From: Massalongia carnosa
Taxonomy: Eukaryota
NCBI GenBank assembly: GCA_965645245.1
Contig: OZ287079.1
Coordinates: 1,116,001-1,180,000 of the forward strand
Direction: 5' to 3'
DNA length: 64,000 nucleotides
Part shown: positions 12,776 to 24,805 of the stretch, piece after piece
How positions within the stretch are numbered: the stretch's first letter is position 1
Layout of the letters: every line of letters starts with the position of its first letter
The notes under the pieces: generated by a model
Databases searched by the model: none
The model's input: the letters and a program-made list of their open reading frames with translations, nothing else
Told to the model about the DNA's origin: nothing
Translations under genes and position numbers: made by a program

Positions 12776-14290
12776 ATGGCAGGAATGTCACGGGCAAGTA
12801 TAGTACCACAGCGGAATCTGACATTGACCGAAGAGCTGGAGAAGCTAGAACAATCCATCACCCTCACACTACAAGGTGAGTTCACCTTCGCCTTGCAAAG
12901 AAACCACAAGTCTGACTGAGCGATTAGAAATTGATCATAATTTTAGTCGAGCTCATCGCATCGTCACTACAAGTATCCTACCGGTAGTGGAGCAATATGC
13001 CGAACATTCCAAGGATGTCTGGGAGGGATCAAAAGTATGTTTCTACAGCGGTTGTGTTAGATTCCATACACCTAAGCATATCATAGTTCTGGAAACAATT
13101 CTTTGAGGCCTCCGCCAATGTATCCCTCTCCGGCTATGAGGAACCGCCAATTGAGGACGAAACCGTGACCGAAGACAATACCCAAACGACGCCCTCTTCT
13201 TCTGCCTATGCCTCGCCCTCCCTTCCACAAGATGAAACCATAACCCCGAAAAACCGCCAATTTCAATCAACTATTAGTGACGACTCAAATCTAACGTCGA
13301 CCACCAACGAGGCTACCCGTCCTCCTCCTACCACAGCTAGAAGACCTCCCACAATAGCGCCATATTCTTCCCCTTATGAAACCCTGAAGCGCGAGGTTCA
13401 AGGGGCTCCTCCCTCTGACGAACCCTCGTCCTCCACTCTCCCGAGCACGCCAAGAGCATATCACCAATCCTTAGACCCCCAATCCTCCCCGTTCCTTCCC
13501 CCCTCAACCTCCCAACACCCATCCCACCGTACTCCCGCGAACGACATCTTACTCCACCGCATCCTTGACAAGAACTGGCGTCTGCAAGCAACCCCACACT
13601 CTCAAGCTCGTGATCCGAGGACATTGCCCGTCCGCGGTAGGAACCCGACCGAAACACCTCTGACAGGTGCAAAGAAACGTGGAAAACAATACGGCGCAAG
13701 CGATCGAGAGTCATTCGACTCAAGCCCGCCCGTCCCCGCGCCAGAGTTGCATGCCGAGATTTTTGATTCGCCCGTTCGGCGCCCGCGGGTACCAGGTGTT
13801 AGCATTTTGACACCTGCCAGAAAACGCGACAGCGCAGGAGGGAAAACAAGGGACGTTTTTGGGGGAGAACAGGAAGTAAGAACGGGGCGGAATACAGCAG
13901 ATGTTTGGGATAGTGATAGCGATGCGGAGGGTGAATTGGAGGGTATAAGTCCACCGAAGACAATGCAATTTCATGTGCCGCAGAGCAGGCTACTCAGGAC
14001 ACCAGGTAAGTTTTGTAAGGGAGCTATGTGGAACACCACTTTCAATTTTTTCATAATCAATTATCCCCCAAACATTGGTCTTTCGGGGGGGGGGGTTTTA
14101 TTCATCGGTCGTTCACTTGCGCCCATGATGCCCTGCTTCTCCAGCTAACAACTCATTAGCCCGCGAAGCAAGCAAACGAATAGTCGAAGATCTCCTCCTC
14201 ACTGCAGGTGGAAATGTGACCGACGACCTGGATGAAGAGAGTCCCAGCGTCGTCAAAAGGGGTGGACTCTTGGACGAGGATACTTTCTAA
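12776..14290 (+). CDS. ASK1: DASH/Dam1 complex subunit Ask1
   Basis: Exons 12776-12875, 12928-13034, 13087-14005, 14160-14290. The N-terminus EELEKLEQSITLTLQEIDHNFSRAHRIVTTSILPVV..FWKQFFEASANVSLSGYE is the Ask1 signature. Confidence 0.92.
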
Positions 14291-15618
14291 TATCATCAGA
14301 CTAGCTTTAGTTACCCAACAACTGAAGTATTATCGCTCTGAACATTTCCACTGAAATACCACTTGACAATGATTCAGGGATCCACGCTATGATCTCGGCA
14401 CTTAACGTCCCTTGAAAGCTCTTGATTATTCTCTTCCCTACTCAACACCATGTTATCCTCGCCCATTGGTTTCATTCTGTGTCTAAGTCGGCCGGACAAA
14501 GGGGTTCCAGTAAGGGAAAGTATGGAACGGGTGTCCTTGAATGAAGAAGAACCGGAGGCATGAGGGTTCGTGACCACGATTGAGGAGTTGTTTTGTGATG
14601 AGTATGGGTGCCATAAGAACTATAGCATATCACACGGACACCAGGAGTTTGCTCTTGGAACCTCTTTTGCAGGGCGCTCAGAAGAAAGAAGGAACATGAA
14701 CAAGGACCACAGACGGCTCGGGGTGATTAGGTAAGAATACCGCTGGCCCACAGACGAAATGTGTTTCGAATGATTATAGGATTGTAGGAATGGGTTATCA
14801 TTTATTCGTGTCAAGGTAAGTACAAGCTAGCTTTTAAGTCTGACGACCAATATCCAATTTCATTGCCATCTATATAGTACTGAAAGAGTTCCCCTGCTAC
14901 TTTGGGCAACACTACCTCATTCGGTTAGATCCAACCTCATGCGGTTAGGTTTAACCCGAAAAAGGGAACGCGGCTTGCGGAACAGTACTGAGTTATCAAA
15001 TAATGCGGAGAGGACGCCGTACGGAAAGGACCAAAAAGAGGCACCTCATTGCGAGCATGCATTTCATCGTATGATATCGTAAAACTTTGCAGACCTACTA
15101 ATCACATCAACCATAGTCGATATCTCGAAACTTGCGTGCTTTTTCGCCCGTTTGCGGTGGGGGGAGGAGGTCTCTTTGCGAAGCATCAGATTTTCTTTGA
15201 AATCGTCCATAAGAGATTTAGCGCGGACTCGATTGGGTTTACGGTGCTTTTCGTGTTATTTACCTATCATCGCAGCTCTTTTCATCCTAGCCTTTTCATC
15301 GCAGCTCCTTTCACCGCTGAATATCAACGTGAACTCGATACAGGAATATTAACGGAAGATACTTTGACGAAAAAAATTGACGATGATATAGATAAGACTC
15401 GAGACGGACGAGCGTATAATCACGTCAAACGACATATAATAGAAAATCGGGTTGGAAGGGAGAAAACGGAGTCGATTAATTTTACGCTTCTAGAGTGTCT
15501 CATTATCGACAGCTTCGAGAAAATAGACGAATTCAAGATGCACGAGACCAAAAAGCTAAAGAAGCTATGCGAAAAGCGGCGGAAAAAGAAAATTGATAAC
15601 GAGGGAGATAGATATTGA

Positions 15619-16215
15619 GGCTATTCAAGAGGCTATCTGATAGCTATTTGGGAAACTATTTGGGAGACTATTTGAAAGGCTATTTGAAAAGCAGCGGAGA
15701 TTATCTGGGAGACTATTTGGGAGGCTAATTGGAAAGCTATTTGGGAGGCTATTTGGGATATTATTTGATAGCTAAGCAGAATATCTGGAAGGCTATTTGG
15801 GAGGCTATTTGGAAGACTATTTGAAAGCGGTGAAGATTATCTGGGAGGCTATCTGGGAGGCTTTATGCGAGGCTTTATGCAAGGCTATTTGAGATACGAT
15901 CTGAAAAGCAGCGGAGACTATTTGGGAGGCTATTTGATAGCTATTTGGGGGAATATTTGGGAGACTATTTGGGAGATATTTGAGAGATACTTGGAAGGTA
16001 ATTGAAAGGCTATTTGGGAGGCTATTTGAAAGGCTTTTTGGGAGGCTTTTGGGAGGCTATCTGGGAGACTATTTGAAAAGCAGCGGAGACTATTTGAAAG
16101 GCTATTTAGGGGCTAGATGTGGGGCCTTATAAAAATCAGCGGAGGCTATCTGGGAGACTATTTGGAAGATGCTTTGACAGATGCTTTGGCGGGTGCCAAG
16201 GAGGAGATAGCGTAG
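15619..16215 (+). repeat. Degenerate 12-bp minisatellite, consensus GGAGGCTATTTG, with an interspersed AAAAGCAGCGGAGA variant
   Basis: Dozens of imperfect 12-bp units, mostly differing by G>A. Confidence 0.9.
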
Positions 16216-16637
16216 GGCCGTTGCGGAGCGAAGCGAAGCATGTCCGGAGCAAAATCTGAGATATTTTGAGATTCGCATGAAAAAATAGCAAGCCAAATAG
16301 TAAGTAAATGAAAAGTAGTAGTAAATTAGATTTTTTCATTCGAAACATCTCAGGTCTGAGATGGCACTGTCTCGTTGATGATACTGAAGGTTTGAAAAAA
16401 TTGTACAAATATTTGATTTTTTCCCCCCAAGTCTTTCTAGTTTAGCGCTGGGTGAACACGAGTACAGGAACAGGACCAGGAATAGGAGCACGGCATGCTA
16501 GTTACTCCGAGCCGCTGTCCGTTTCATCAATTCTCGATAAGAATTTAATCTTCTCTGCGTGCGTTTTACCTTTATGGTTTCTCTTTCTGTTCTGCGCTCT
16601 CATTGGAGTATTCCGTACGATGTTGGTGTGACGGATC

Positions 16638-19037
16638 ATGGGGAGATGCACGCTGCTGATGCGTTATGCGCGTAATCCGACTTGTTTTCTTCCCCTCGGT
16701 GCTTCCTTGGCGTACTCGATATCCCCTAAGAAGCCTATGTTACTTGATGAGGGAGGTGATGGTACCAACTGGCTATCAACGAATGCCGTCATAACAAGCA
16801 AGAGGCAGGCTGGAGTGGCTCATGCGATCGATAGCGCTGCAAACCCTATCACAACTACAGCTGTAACGCCAGATACTTTCCCTGCCGATTCGGAAGCTGA
16901 CGAGCACGTACGGTCGGCAACAAACGATGATGATTCTGCATGGGCATCTTTCTCTTCGAAGCTGGCCATGGCGTCGTCCGCTATCACGTCGACTCCATGG
17001 TCAGCGCTAGGAGATACAATCACCGATTACATAGTCCCGAGCTGGGCACGGCTGCTTCCAGACCAAATCGCAAAGCTGCAGATGGAACTGGAAATGGCGC
17101 CAGGTTCGCTAGCTGATGAGATTTGGCAGGAGGCGCATGATGTTGACATTAACCCCGAAATCGCTGTAATGGCCAGAGTGAGGATAGGAAAAGGGCTGTG
17201 CCCAGAAGAAAAAATATTTAAGGAGAGGAGAAGGAAGCAAACCACGCGGGCGCTGGCCAAGTATCTTGGGATCCCAGAGGCCGATATAGACCCTGACGAT
17301 GTTCCTACCATAGCCATGTGTGGCTCGGGTGGTGGTCTTCGGGCCATGGTGGCCGGGTGCGGTTCGTATATGAGTGCGCAGAAAGCTGGTCTTTTCGATT
17401 GCGTCACCTACACCGCGGGTGTGAGCGGGAGTTGCTGGATGCAGACGCTTTTTTATTCCTCGATCGGAAAGCAAAGACACGACAAAATCGTGGAGCACCT
17501 GAAACATAGGATCGGGACTCACATCGCCTTTCCGCCCGATGCATTAGGGTTGCTTACCACTGCGCCTACCAATAAGTTTCTCCTCTCCGGCTTCGTCGAG
17601 AAGCTCAAGGGAGATGTTAATGCGGAGCTTGGTTTGGTCGATATTTACGGTCTGCTCCTGGCAACACGGTTGTTGATTCCTCGAGGTGAACTCGAAATTA
17701 ATGATCGCGACTTGAAAATCTCCAACCAAAGAGCCTACCTGAACAACGGCGAAAACCCACTGCCTATCTACACTGCTGTGAGGCACGAAATACCGATTGA
17801 AGAAGAAAAGTCCGAGGAGGAAGTAGTCAAGGGGGTTGCTTTCAATGCAACGAAAGAGAAGGCCAAACAAGAGGCGTGGTTTCAATGGTTTGAATTCACC
17901 CCGTACGAGCTGTTTTGTGAGGAGCTGGATGCGGGAATTCCGAGCTGGGGGGTTGGACGTCAATACAGAGAAGGCCATAGTGTTCCTGGTAGTGATAGCC
18001 TCCATCTCCCCGAATATCGTGTTCCGATCATGATGGGAATCTGGGGCTCTGCATTTTGCGCCACCTTAGCCCATTACTACAAAGAAATCCGCCCTATTGT
18101 GAAAGGGATTGCGATCCTTGGAGGGATTGACGGGATTATCGAGGAGCGAAACGACGAGTTAACTAAAGTGCATCCCATTGAACCAGCCTCGATTCCAAAT
18201 TATGTCCTCGGAATGGGAGGAAGACTACCGCCAACATGCCCGAAGAGCATCTTGACCTCAGAGCATCTTCAACTTGCTGATGCTGGTATGAGCAACAATC
18301 TTCCCTTATATCCGCTTCTTCGCGATGGTCGTGAGGTCGAGATTTTGATAGCTTTTGACAGCTCGGCAGACGTTAAGACCGGGAATTGGTTATCAGTTGC
18401 GGACGGTTATGCGAAGCAGCGCGGATACAAAGGCTGGCCTGTTGGCGCGGGCTGGCCCAAGGAAGGGGCTTCAAAGGAGGCTATTTTGAAGGAACTCGAT
18501 GTTGCAGAGGCCAAGACCCCTCAAGAAGCTACTGGCAAATTAGCAGAAGCAAGAGAGGTACAACGAACGACCAATACTGCTATCCAGGAAACCCTTGAAA
18601 AAGGCAACGATAATGCGGAATATGATTCAGGACTAGGTTATTGCAATGTGTGGGTTGGTACAACAATGGAACGAAAAAGTGAAGAGGAGCCTCCCCAGAG
18701 CAAGCGCGTTGATCCTGATGCTGATTGGGAGCTCTTGTCTCCTAATGCAGGGTTGACCGTAGTTTACTTTCCCCTTCTACCGAATCCAAAGGTTGAGGGC
18801 GTTGACCCAAACACGACCGGTTTCCTTTCAACATGGAACTTTGTATACTCAAGATATGACATTGACCAACTTGTCAGTCTTGCACAGGCCAATTTTGAAG
18901 AAGGAGAGGAACAAACCAAAAGAACCGTTCGCGCGGTGTACGAGAGGAAAAAAACCAAGAGACTCCAACAGGAGGAAAAGGAGAGATTTCGGAGGTGGAA
19001 GAGACATATGAGGGTTCATGGAGATCATTTTCAGTGA
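16638..19037 (+). CDS. Cytosolic phospholipase A2 / lysophospholipase catalytic-domain protein
   Basis: Single 799-aa ORF with GSGGGLRAM, the AGVSGSCW nucleophile motif, WFEFTPYE and the ADAG catalytic Asp. Confidence 0.92.
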   Translation: MGRCTLLMRYARNPTCFLPLGASLAYSISPKKPMLLDEGGDGTNWLSTNAVITSKRQAGVAHAIDSAANPITTTAVTPDTFPADSEADEHVRSATNDDDSAWASFSSKLAMASSAITSTPWSALGDTITDYIVPSWARLLPDQIAKLQMELEMAPGSLADEIWQEAHDVDINPEIAVMARVRIGKGLCPEEKIFKERRRKQTTRALAKYLGIPEADIDPDDVPTIAMCGSGGGLRAMVAGCGSYMSAQKAGLFDCVTYTAGVSGSCWMQTLFYSSIGKQRHDKIVEHLKHRIGTHIAFPPDALGLLTTAPTNKFLLSGFVEKLKGDVNAELGLVDIYGLLLATRLLIPRGELEINDRDLKISNQRAYLNNGENPLPIYTAVRHEIPIEEEKSEEEVVKGVAFNATKEKAKQEAWFQWFEFTPYELFCEELDAGIPSWGVGRQYREGHSVPGSDSLHLPEYRVPIMMGIWGSAFCATLAHYYKEIRPIVKGIAILGGIDGIIEERNDELTKVHPIEPASIPNYVLGMGGRLPPTCPKSILTSEHLQLADAGMSNNLPLYPLLRDGREVEILIAFDSSADVKTGNWLSVADGYAKQRGYKGWPVGAGWPKEGASKEAILKELDVAEAKTPQEATGKLAEAREVQRTTNTAIQETLEKGNDNAEYDSGLGYCNVWVGTTMERKSEEEPPQSKRVDPDADWELLSPNAGLTVVYFPLLPNPKVEGVDPNTTGFLSTWNFVYSRYDIDQLVSLAQANFEEGEEQTKRTVRAVYERKKTKRLQQEEKERFRRWKRHMRVHGDHFQ

Positions 19038-19611
19038 TGTGTTCCTAGCGTTTGGAGAAGATACCCAGAGAGCGTTATGAATGCGGGATGAATGTAGACC
19101 AAGTACCATGAGATTCCCCTATTCCAGTATATCTTGGTTGTGAAAGAAAGATTCACGTCTCTATCCGTGATTTTCCATGTTATTTCGTGATTTTACAACT
19201 TTTTCCGGTACATTCTCTACGTGTCTCCTCTCCACTGTTTCATACTATTTATATTATCATAGACCATCCACTGGCAGCAGGTTATGATAACGTCGTCCTG
19301 CTTCTGTTACCATCTCCTTGATGCTAAGACACAATTTTTTCTTATATATGACTTTCTTATACTATATATACACTACATCGGGGTATAAAACCCGTTTGTT
19401 GACGGTCCCTTCGCGCCATCGTTTGTGATGGTACTACGCATACATGCGGTCGCCGCGGCGCCAACCACGTAATTTCGTGATTACAACGCTGAAAAGATCA
19501 CGCAGCTAGTAAGAACTTATTTGTTTTTGATCTCGCGACCCTTTTTTCCCTTCCTTGCCAACCCACAGCCGACCTACTCATCCTCCAACCAACAACTCTC
19601 ACAAGATCAAA

Positions 19612-20658
19612 ATGGCACCATCATATGCCAACGAGACCGCAGCCGCCAGTCAGCGGTCAGAGATCTTCTGGGAGAGAACGGCATTCTGTGCGCTCACACC
19701 CGCACAAATCACCGAAGGTTCGTCTCACCCCACCCCCCTCTCTCATATTTCCATCTCCATCCACAAGTACACCACACCACAACCCAAACCATGAATGATC
19801 GGTGAGAGCTGAAATCCGGAACAGCAACGAGCTCGCACCTCGTTTCTCTCATCCCAGCCGTAATCGGCGCCGACATGGCCTCGTTCGAGGTCGTTCGGGG
19901 AATGCTGGGGCGGCTGTTCGATTACGGGCCTCCGGCCAAGATGTTTGCTGCGGCTGTGGTTTCGGTTAGGCAGCTGCCCAACACGCTTGCTTTGGGTGTG
20001 GATTGGCGGTTGTTGTGTCGGGAGGTCCCGGAGTTGGATCCTGAGAACCCAAAAGGTCAGTGGAGTGAGTTTTTCATGAGGATGTCATCTTCAAATCTTG
20101 TGGAATTAAGATGAGAGCATACACGTTTTGCCTCCAATAATGCGCTCCTCACCCCGCTAGCTGCCATCCTCGTTCCGATCGGATATTTGATTTTTTCCAC
20201 TTCGATTTTTCCTTTTGTGTATCTCGTCTCTTCCTACATCCCCCTTCCAACAACCCTAATGTCTCGTCACCTCTCCTCCCTCACTATTTCCCCAACTTCC
20301 ATCCCCAACTTCCCCCCTAACCTCGCTCTCTCCCCTCCCTTCCCTCCTATCAAAGCTAATCCCAAAAAAAGGCCCCATCCCCCCCCTAGCAAACCACCCC
20401 TCCCTCCTAATCCTCGCCGTCCTGCTCCTAAGCGTCACGTGGCACGGCTCCCTCGAGCGCCCGCGCACCTACAACTACTGGACTCGGCATGTGGGCGGTG
20501 GGATGTGGAGCCGGCGGGAATTCCGCGCCGCCGTGTTCTTTCTGGAGAGGCAGCTGGGTGTCGGGGGGTGGGGGGCCGGTGAGGCGGAGATGAGGGCGGC
20601 GGTGGGGGAGATTGGGCGGGTGGCAGATGGGTTTGCGAGAGAAAGGGGGTTTTTTTAG
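19612..20658 (+). CDS. Putative 201-aa spliced orphan protein, possibly a divergent Pcl/Pho80-type cyclin fold
   Basis: Exons 19612-19717, 19825-20055 and 20390-20658 join in frame through GT..AG introns (branch GCTAAT at ~20355). Good ATG context (CAAAATGG). Confidence 0.55.
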
Positions 20659-21701
20659 GGGGAGGGAGGTGGTTTTTTTTTGTCTCGCTGTGTGTTTTGC
20701 TGCTGTGGTGCTGGCGGCTGGTTGTCGGGCTTTCTGTGCTCTTTTTGCTCTGTGGGCTCCTCTTGCTCCGTGCTTGGGTGGATGTGGGCTGTTGGTTCGT
20801 CGCCTCTTCTTCTCCTTTGCGTTTATCTGCTTGGGCTTATCCCATTTCCTTTCTTTCGTAGTCTCTCTACCTATTCTTTATGTTGTCGTCGTCGTCACCA
20901 CATCTAACCCGTCCCACCCTTCTCGTCTTCCCTTCTTACTGTCACCCCTAAGAGTATGCTTTCCCTATTGTGCCTCCTATACCCCTCCAAACCCTAGTAT
21001 TTTCGTTCGTTGAGGCCGTTGAGGCCGTTGAGGGGATACTTTGCGCACTTGGGAATATCTATCTATCTATTATCCATCTACAAAGGAATTATTCCAGAAA
21101 CAGGAACGAAGAAAAAAAAGAGAGAAAGTAATACCTATGATATGAGAAGAGGAAGTTAGGTCGAAAAAGAAAAAGTCTCCTCCCCCTACTCTCCATTCAT
21201 GAGTTAGTTGGGTTTCCCTCCCTTGGCTTTTCACTTTTCTTCTGTTCTTTGCTCCCTATTCAATACAAGAGGTCATGATAATGCATTACTTAGCCCCCCC
21301 CATACCTGTTTTTGGGGGATGAATGATATAGCGAAGCGATGTTCTGTGATGATAGTGGTGTTTTTCTATTTGTTTGCTAGCGATTTGGTTTTTGGTTTTG
21401 GTTTTGGAGGTGAAAGGGGGGTGTAGATCGGGAAGGGGAAATGCTGAGAAGATGGTGATGAGTGAATTGAGGGGAATGGACGAAAGAACGCGAAGGAAGA
21501 AGAAAATCACAGTGATAGGGACAGGGCAGATGATGTGAGCAGAAGACCAAGGTGGCAGGCCTTTTTGAAAATAGAAACAATATAATAGATATAAGTTCCA
21601 GTATCTCGCGACTACGAAAGAAGCGTTGGCGAAATTGAAAATTGACAATAACCAACATTACCGCCTTATAGATTAACAGATATTACTGCACAACTATTTA
21701 T

Positions 21702-24360
21702 CTACTTCGCAGTCTTGGCGCTTGAAAAAGCCTCCAAAAGAGCCTCAGCCTCCTGAGGATTGACCAGCGTTTCGAGCATCTGATGCGCGTAATCGGCCAC
21801 ATCCTCATCGATGCCCTTTTCGTGAAACATTCCGTCGGTGAAGGCCAAACGGGTCAGAGCGATGAGATATTTATGCGTGCCGCCAGGGATGACGTGTAGC
21901 TTAGCTTGCATGTCGATCAGGTTGGCGTAATCGGTAGTGAGATGAAAAAGGAGACGCGTGGATTTGTTGACCAGTTCGGATCTTGTTATCAGTTAGCGCG
22001 CCATACTAGAATTTTTACCTTCAAGGAAGCCAATACCTGTACTCATGGCCATATTGATAGTCATACAAAGCATCGAGCTCGTCGTTCATTACTCTGACTA
22101 ATCTGCCGATGGCGTCTTTATGGGTTGCTAAGGCTTCGCCGCCATGTTTGTTTTCGCAGATTGCTTCTAGCAAGTTGAGCACCTGAAGCCGAAGCTCGGC
22201 CACCTCCGTAATATCATACGGTTCGGCGTCTTCCCCCGGAATCGGTACTTCAATCAACAATCTTAACAACCTTTCAATTACATGTTCTTGCGACTTGCCT
22301 TGATCACCGTTGCCGGTACGAACCCTCATGGCGAAACTGGTTTCAAGTACGCTTGTACGGAGCAGGTTAATCGCAATGTGCAACTCTTCCATTGGTTGAG
22401 CGACATTGAGCATCATGACGATGAAGTCAAACCGCATAGAGGCCCAAAAACGCTGAATATCCTCCCTATGTCGTAGGCAGTCGAAAGCCACGAGGTGGAG
22501 TATTTCGAGGCAGAGATTGGTATCAATCTGATCATTAAGCTGTGAACGTGGAATTCTTTGAAAGCGAGGGATTACATTGACATCAGCTGTCAATTGCGCG
22601 TAAACAACAGTGTCATCCGATAGTAGAGCCCCAGTTCCCGGTGGACTGATGAGTAGAACGAACTTGACTAGGTCCATGAGTAAATGAACAGGTGCGTACT
22701 GAAATTTTGTTTAGCTTCAGCTTTGGAGACGTGGTTGTAAAGATAACCCGGTTTTGCGTACATATTTCTCATCTATACATTGCGACCATAGAGAAATGAC
22801 GATGCCTCCAAGCGCGGATGGAAAATCTTCAATTTGCGTCTTCACGCCAAGTGGCGACATCTTGTCGAGAAAGTGAGTTGACAACGCTTGAGTTGGATTC
22901 GACGGAAATGCAAATGCAACTAAAGCTTCAAATGAACGCTTTTCATCTCGTTTAACTCGGTGATTCATGATTTTTTGCATAAACTAAAGTTCTCAACATC
23001 AATTAGATCGCGAAGCCATTATTATTGAGCATTGAGAATTCTGACCTTAAAATTTTCGTTTTCCTGACTTTGGGTCTGGATGGGACTTGTGAAAAGACTT
23101 TTATTTGGAGCTTGCCCAATATCATCCACTGAGTCATGTGATTCCGGTTGAGCCAACGGTAAAGGTTTTGCCGGACTGTTCTCCTCGGCTTTTCTCTTCC
23201 TTTTCCCAGCGGCTTTAGGAGTCGAAGCCTTCGGACGAATTGAAAGTTTAGAGGGCGACAATATTTGAATCTCGTCATCATTGAAGCCATCGCCATATGG
23301 TAAGGACTTGTTCTTTTTGGGCGTTGTGACCGGACTTCTATTGCCTGAGGGCTTGGTGCGTATTCTCTTTCCAGCTCCATCTTTAACCACCCTCTGAAGA
23401 TTTTTGATTTGCTCGGTTCCCTGATCAAGATCATTTTCGAGAAAACGCTTCTCAATGGCAATCTTCTCTTGCTCAGCACGGACTTTTTCAACCTCAATCT
23501 TGTGCTTTGCAGCCTCATCTGCGCGTAACTTCTGTAGAGCAATTATTCTCTGTTCGTTCTCTTTTTCAAGCTTGCTCTGATTTGCTCGCACAATCGCTAT
23601 TTCGCCAATTTTTGAGGCAGCCAAGCTGTTGGCAGAACTGACAGCTTCCTGGAGACTGTTGCGTTCTCGAAGCAGCTTTTAGCTACAGTCAGTAAAAAAT
23701 GTCAAACTTGCATCTTTACATTAAGAATACCTCTCGAATCTGAACCTGAAGGTTTTCTACAACAGCAGGCTCGGGAGTAGATTTTATGCCTGACTCATAC
23801 GCCTCCCGGCTGGCCAGTTGCATGGGTTCGTCACGATCATCATAGCTCTTTCCGCGAGCCCAATTTGGTTGCTCAATGCTGGAAATAGCTCGGCTATGCA
23901 AAAGAGGCTGGACCCCGCCATACCCTCGAAGTTGAGGTGGGGCAGCAAAAGGTTGTGATCGGAAAATTTCTCTTGCTGTGATTCCTCGAGTTGGTCTTAC
24001 TCCCCTAACGCCTTCAACCCCAGCAATCATAACGGGTTCTTCCGCTGCATCAAAAATCTCGCCATCAAGCATCTCATCATCAAAATCTCCATAATCAGAT
24101 GACGGCTGCTGAGGATACTGATGGAGTTGTGGATTGATGGATAAATTTCCGCTGAGAGCGAAATTCCCAACATCGACTTTTTGAACTGGTAATTGCGAAG
24201 AGCTACCAGTAGGACGTACAAAATGCCCTTGATTTCTTGGTTGTTGTGTCGATCTTATTGCATTCTGCTGAAGCTCCTGAAACGTATCAAGGGGCAATGC
24301 ATCCAAATCATCATCAGAATAGCCGTCTTCTTCTTCGACCTCTTGCATGGCATCCGTCAT
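21702..24360 (-). CDS. uvsD: DNA damage checkpoint protein Rad26/UvsD (ATRIP homologue)
   Basis: Multi-exon model from ORFs 24360-23716, 23624-23022, 22980-22717, 22677-22021 and 21911-21702. Acidic N-terminus DDDLDALP, coiled coil KIGEIAIVRANQ, LPYGDGFNDDE, helical C-terminus. Confidence 0.8.
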
Positions 24361-24805
24361 ATACCTTCATGAAGGCAACATGGTCCTCTTATGGTGAAAT
24401 TAGATGTAAATAGAATATATGTATGATGTTCTTTAGAAGGTCGTCATTGGCGTTAATTCTCGCTAATCGCGTTTTTTTGGCGCCGAGGCTAGTTAACTAG
24501 TTAGTAGCTTAAACGCCGGACTATGGAATAACTTCCAATATTTAGTTGCAAAATTCGTCACTTATCGCGTCACAGCGGATTCTCCAGTTTCGATTAATAC
24601 TATTGTCTAGTGCCCCGCGAGAAGTCTAGAAGCTATAATCAAAAGGTTTCTACGATCAGGTTGACTATCGGAAGCTGACTACACGGATCGTCCAATACCC
24701 ACGCTAAGGAAGACCTGCAGAAGACAAGCGAACAGTCGCCGTTGAGTCAAGTTTGGCATCTGTCTTGCGCTTTTACGCTTCTAGCAGTCGGTTAGGTCTA
24801 GAATA

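Noticed and set aside
15619..16215. CRISPR-like array
   Set aside because: Contiguous degenerate 12-bp units with no unique spacers, in a eukaryotic context with no cas genes
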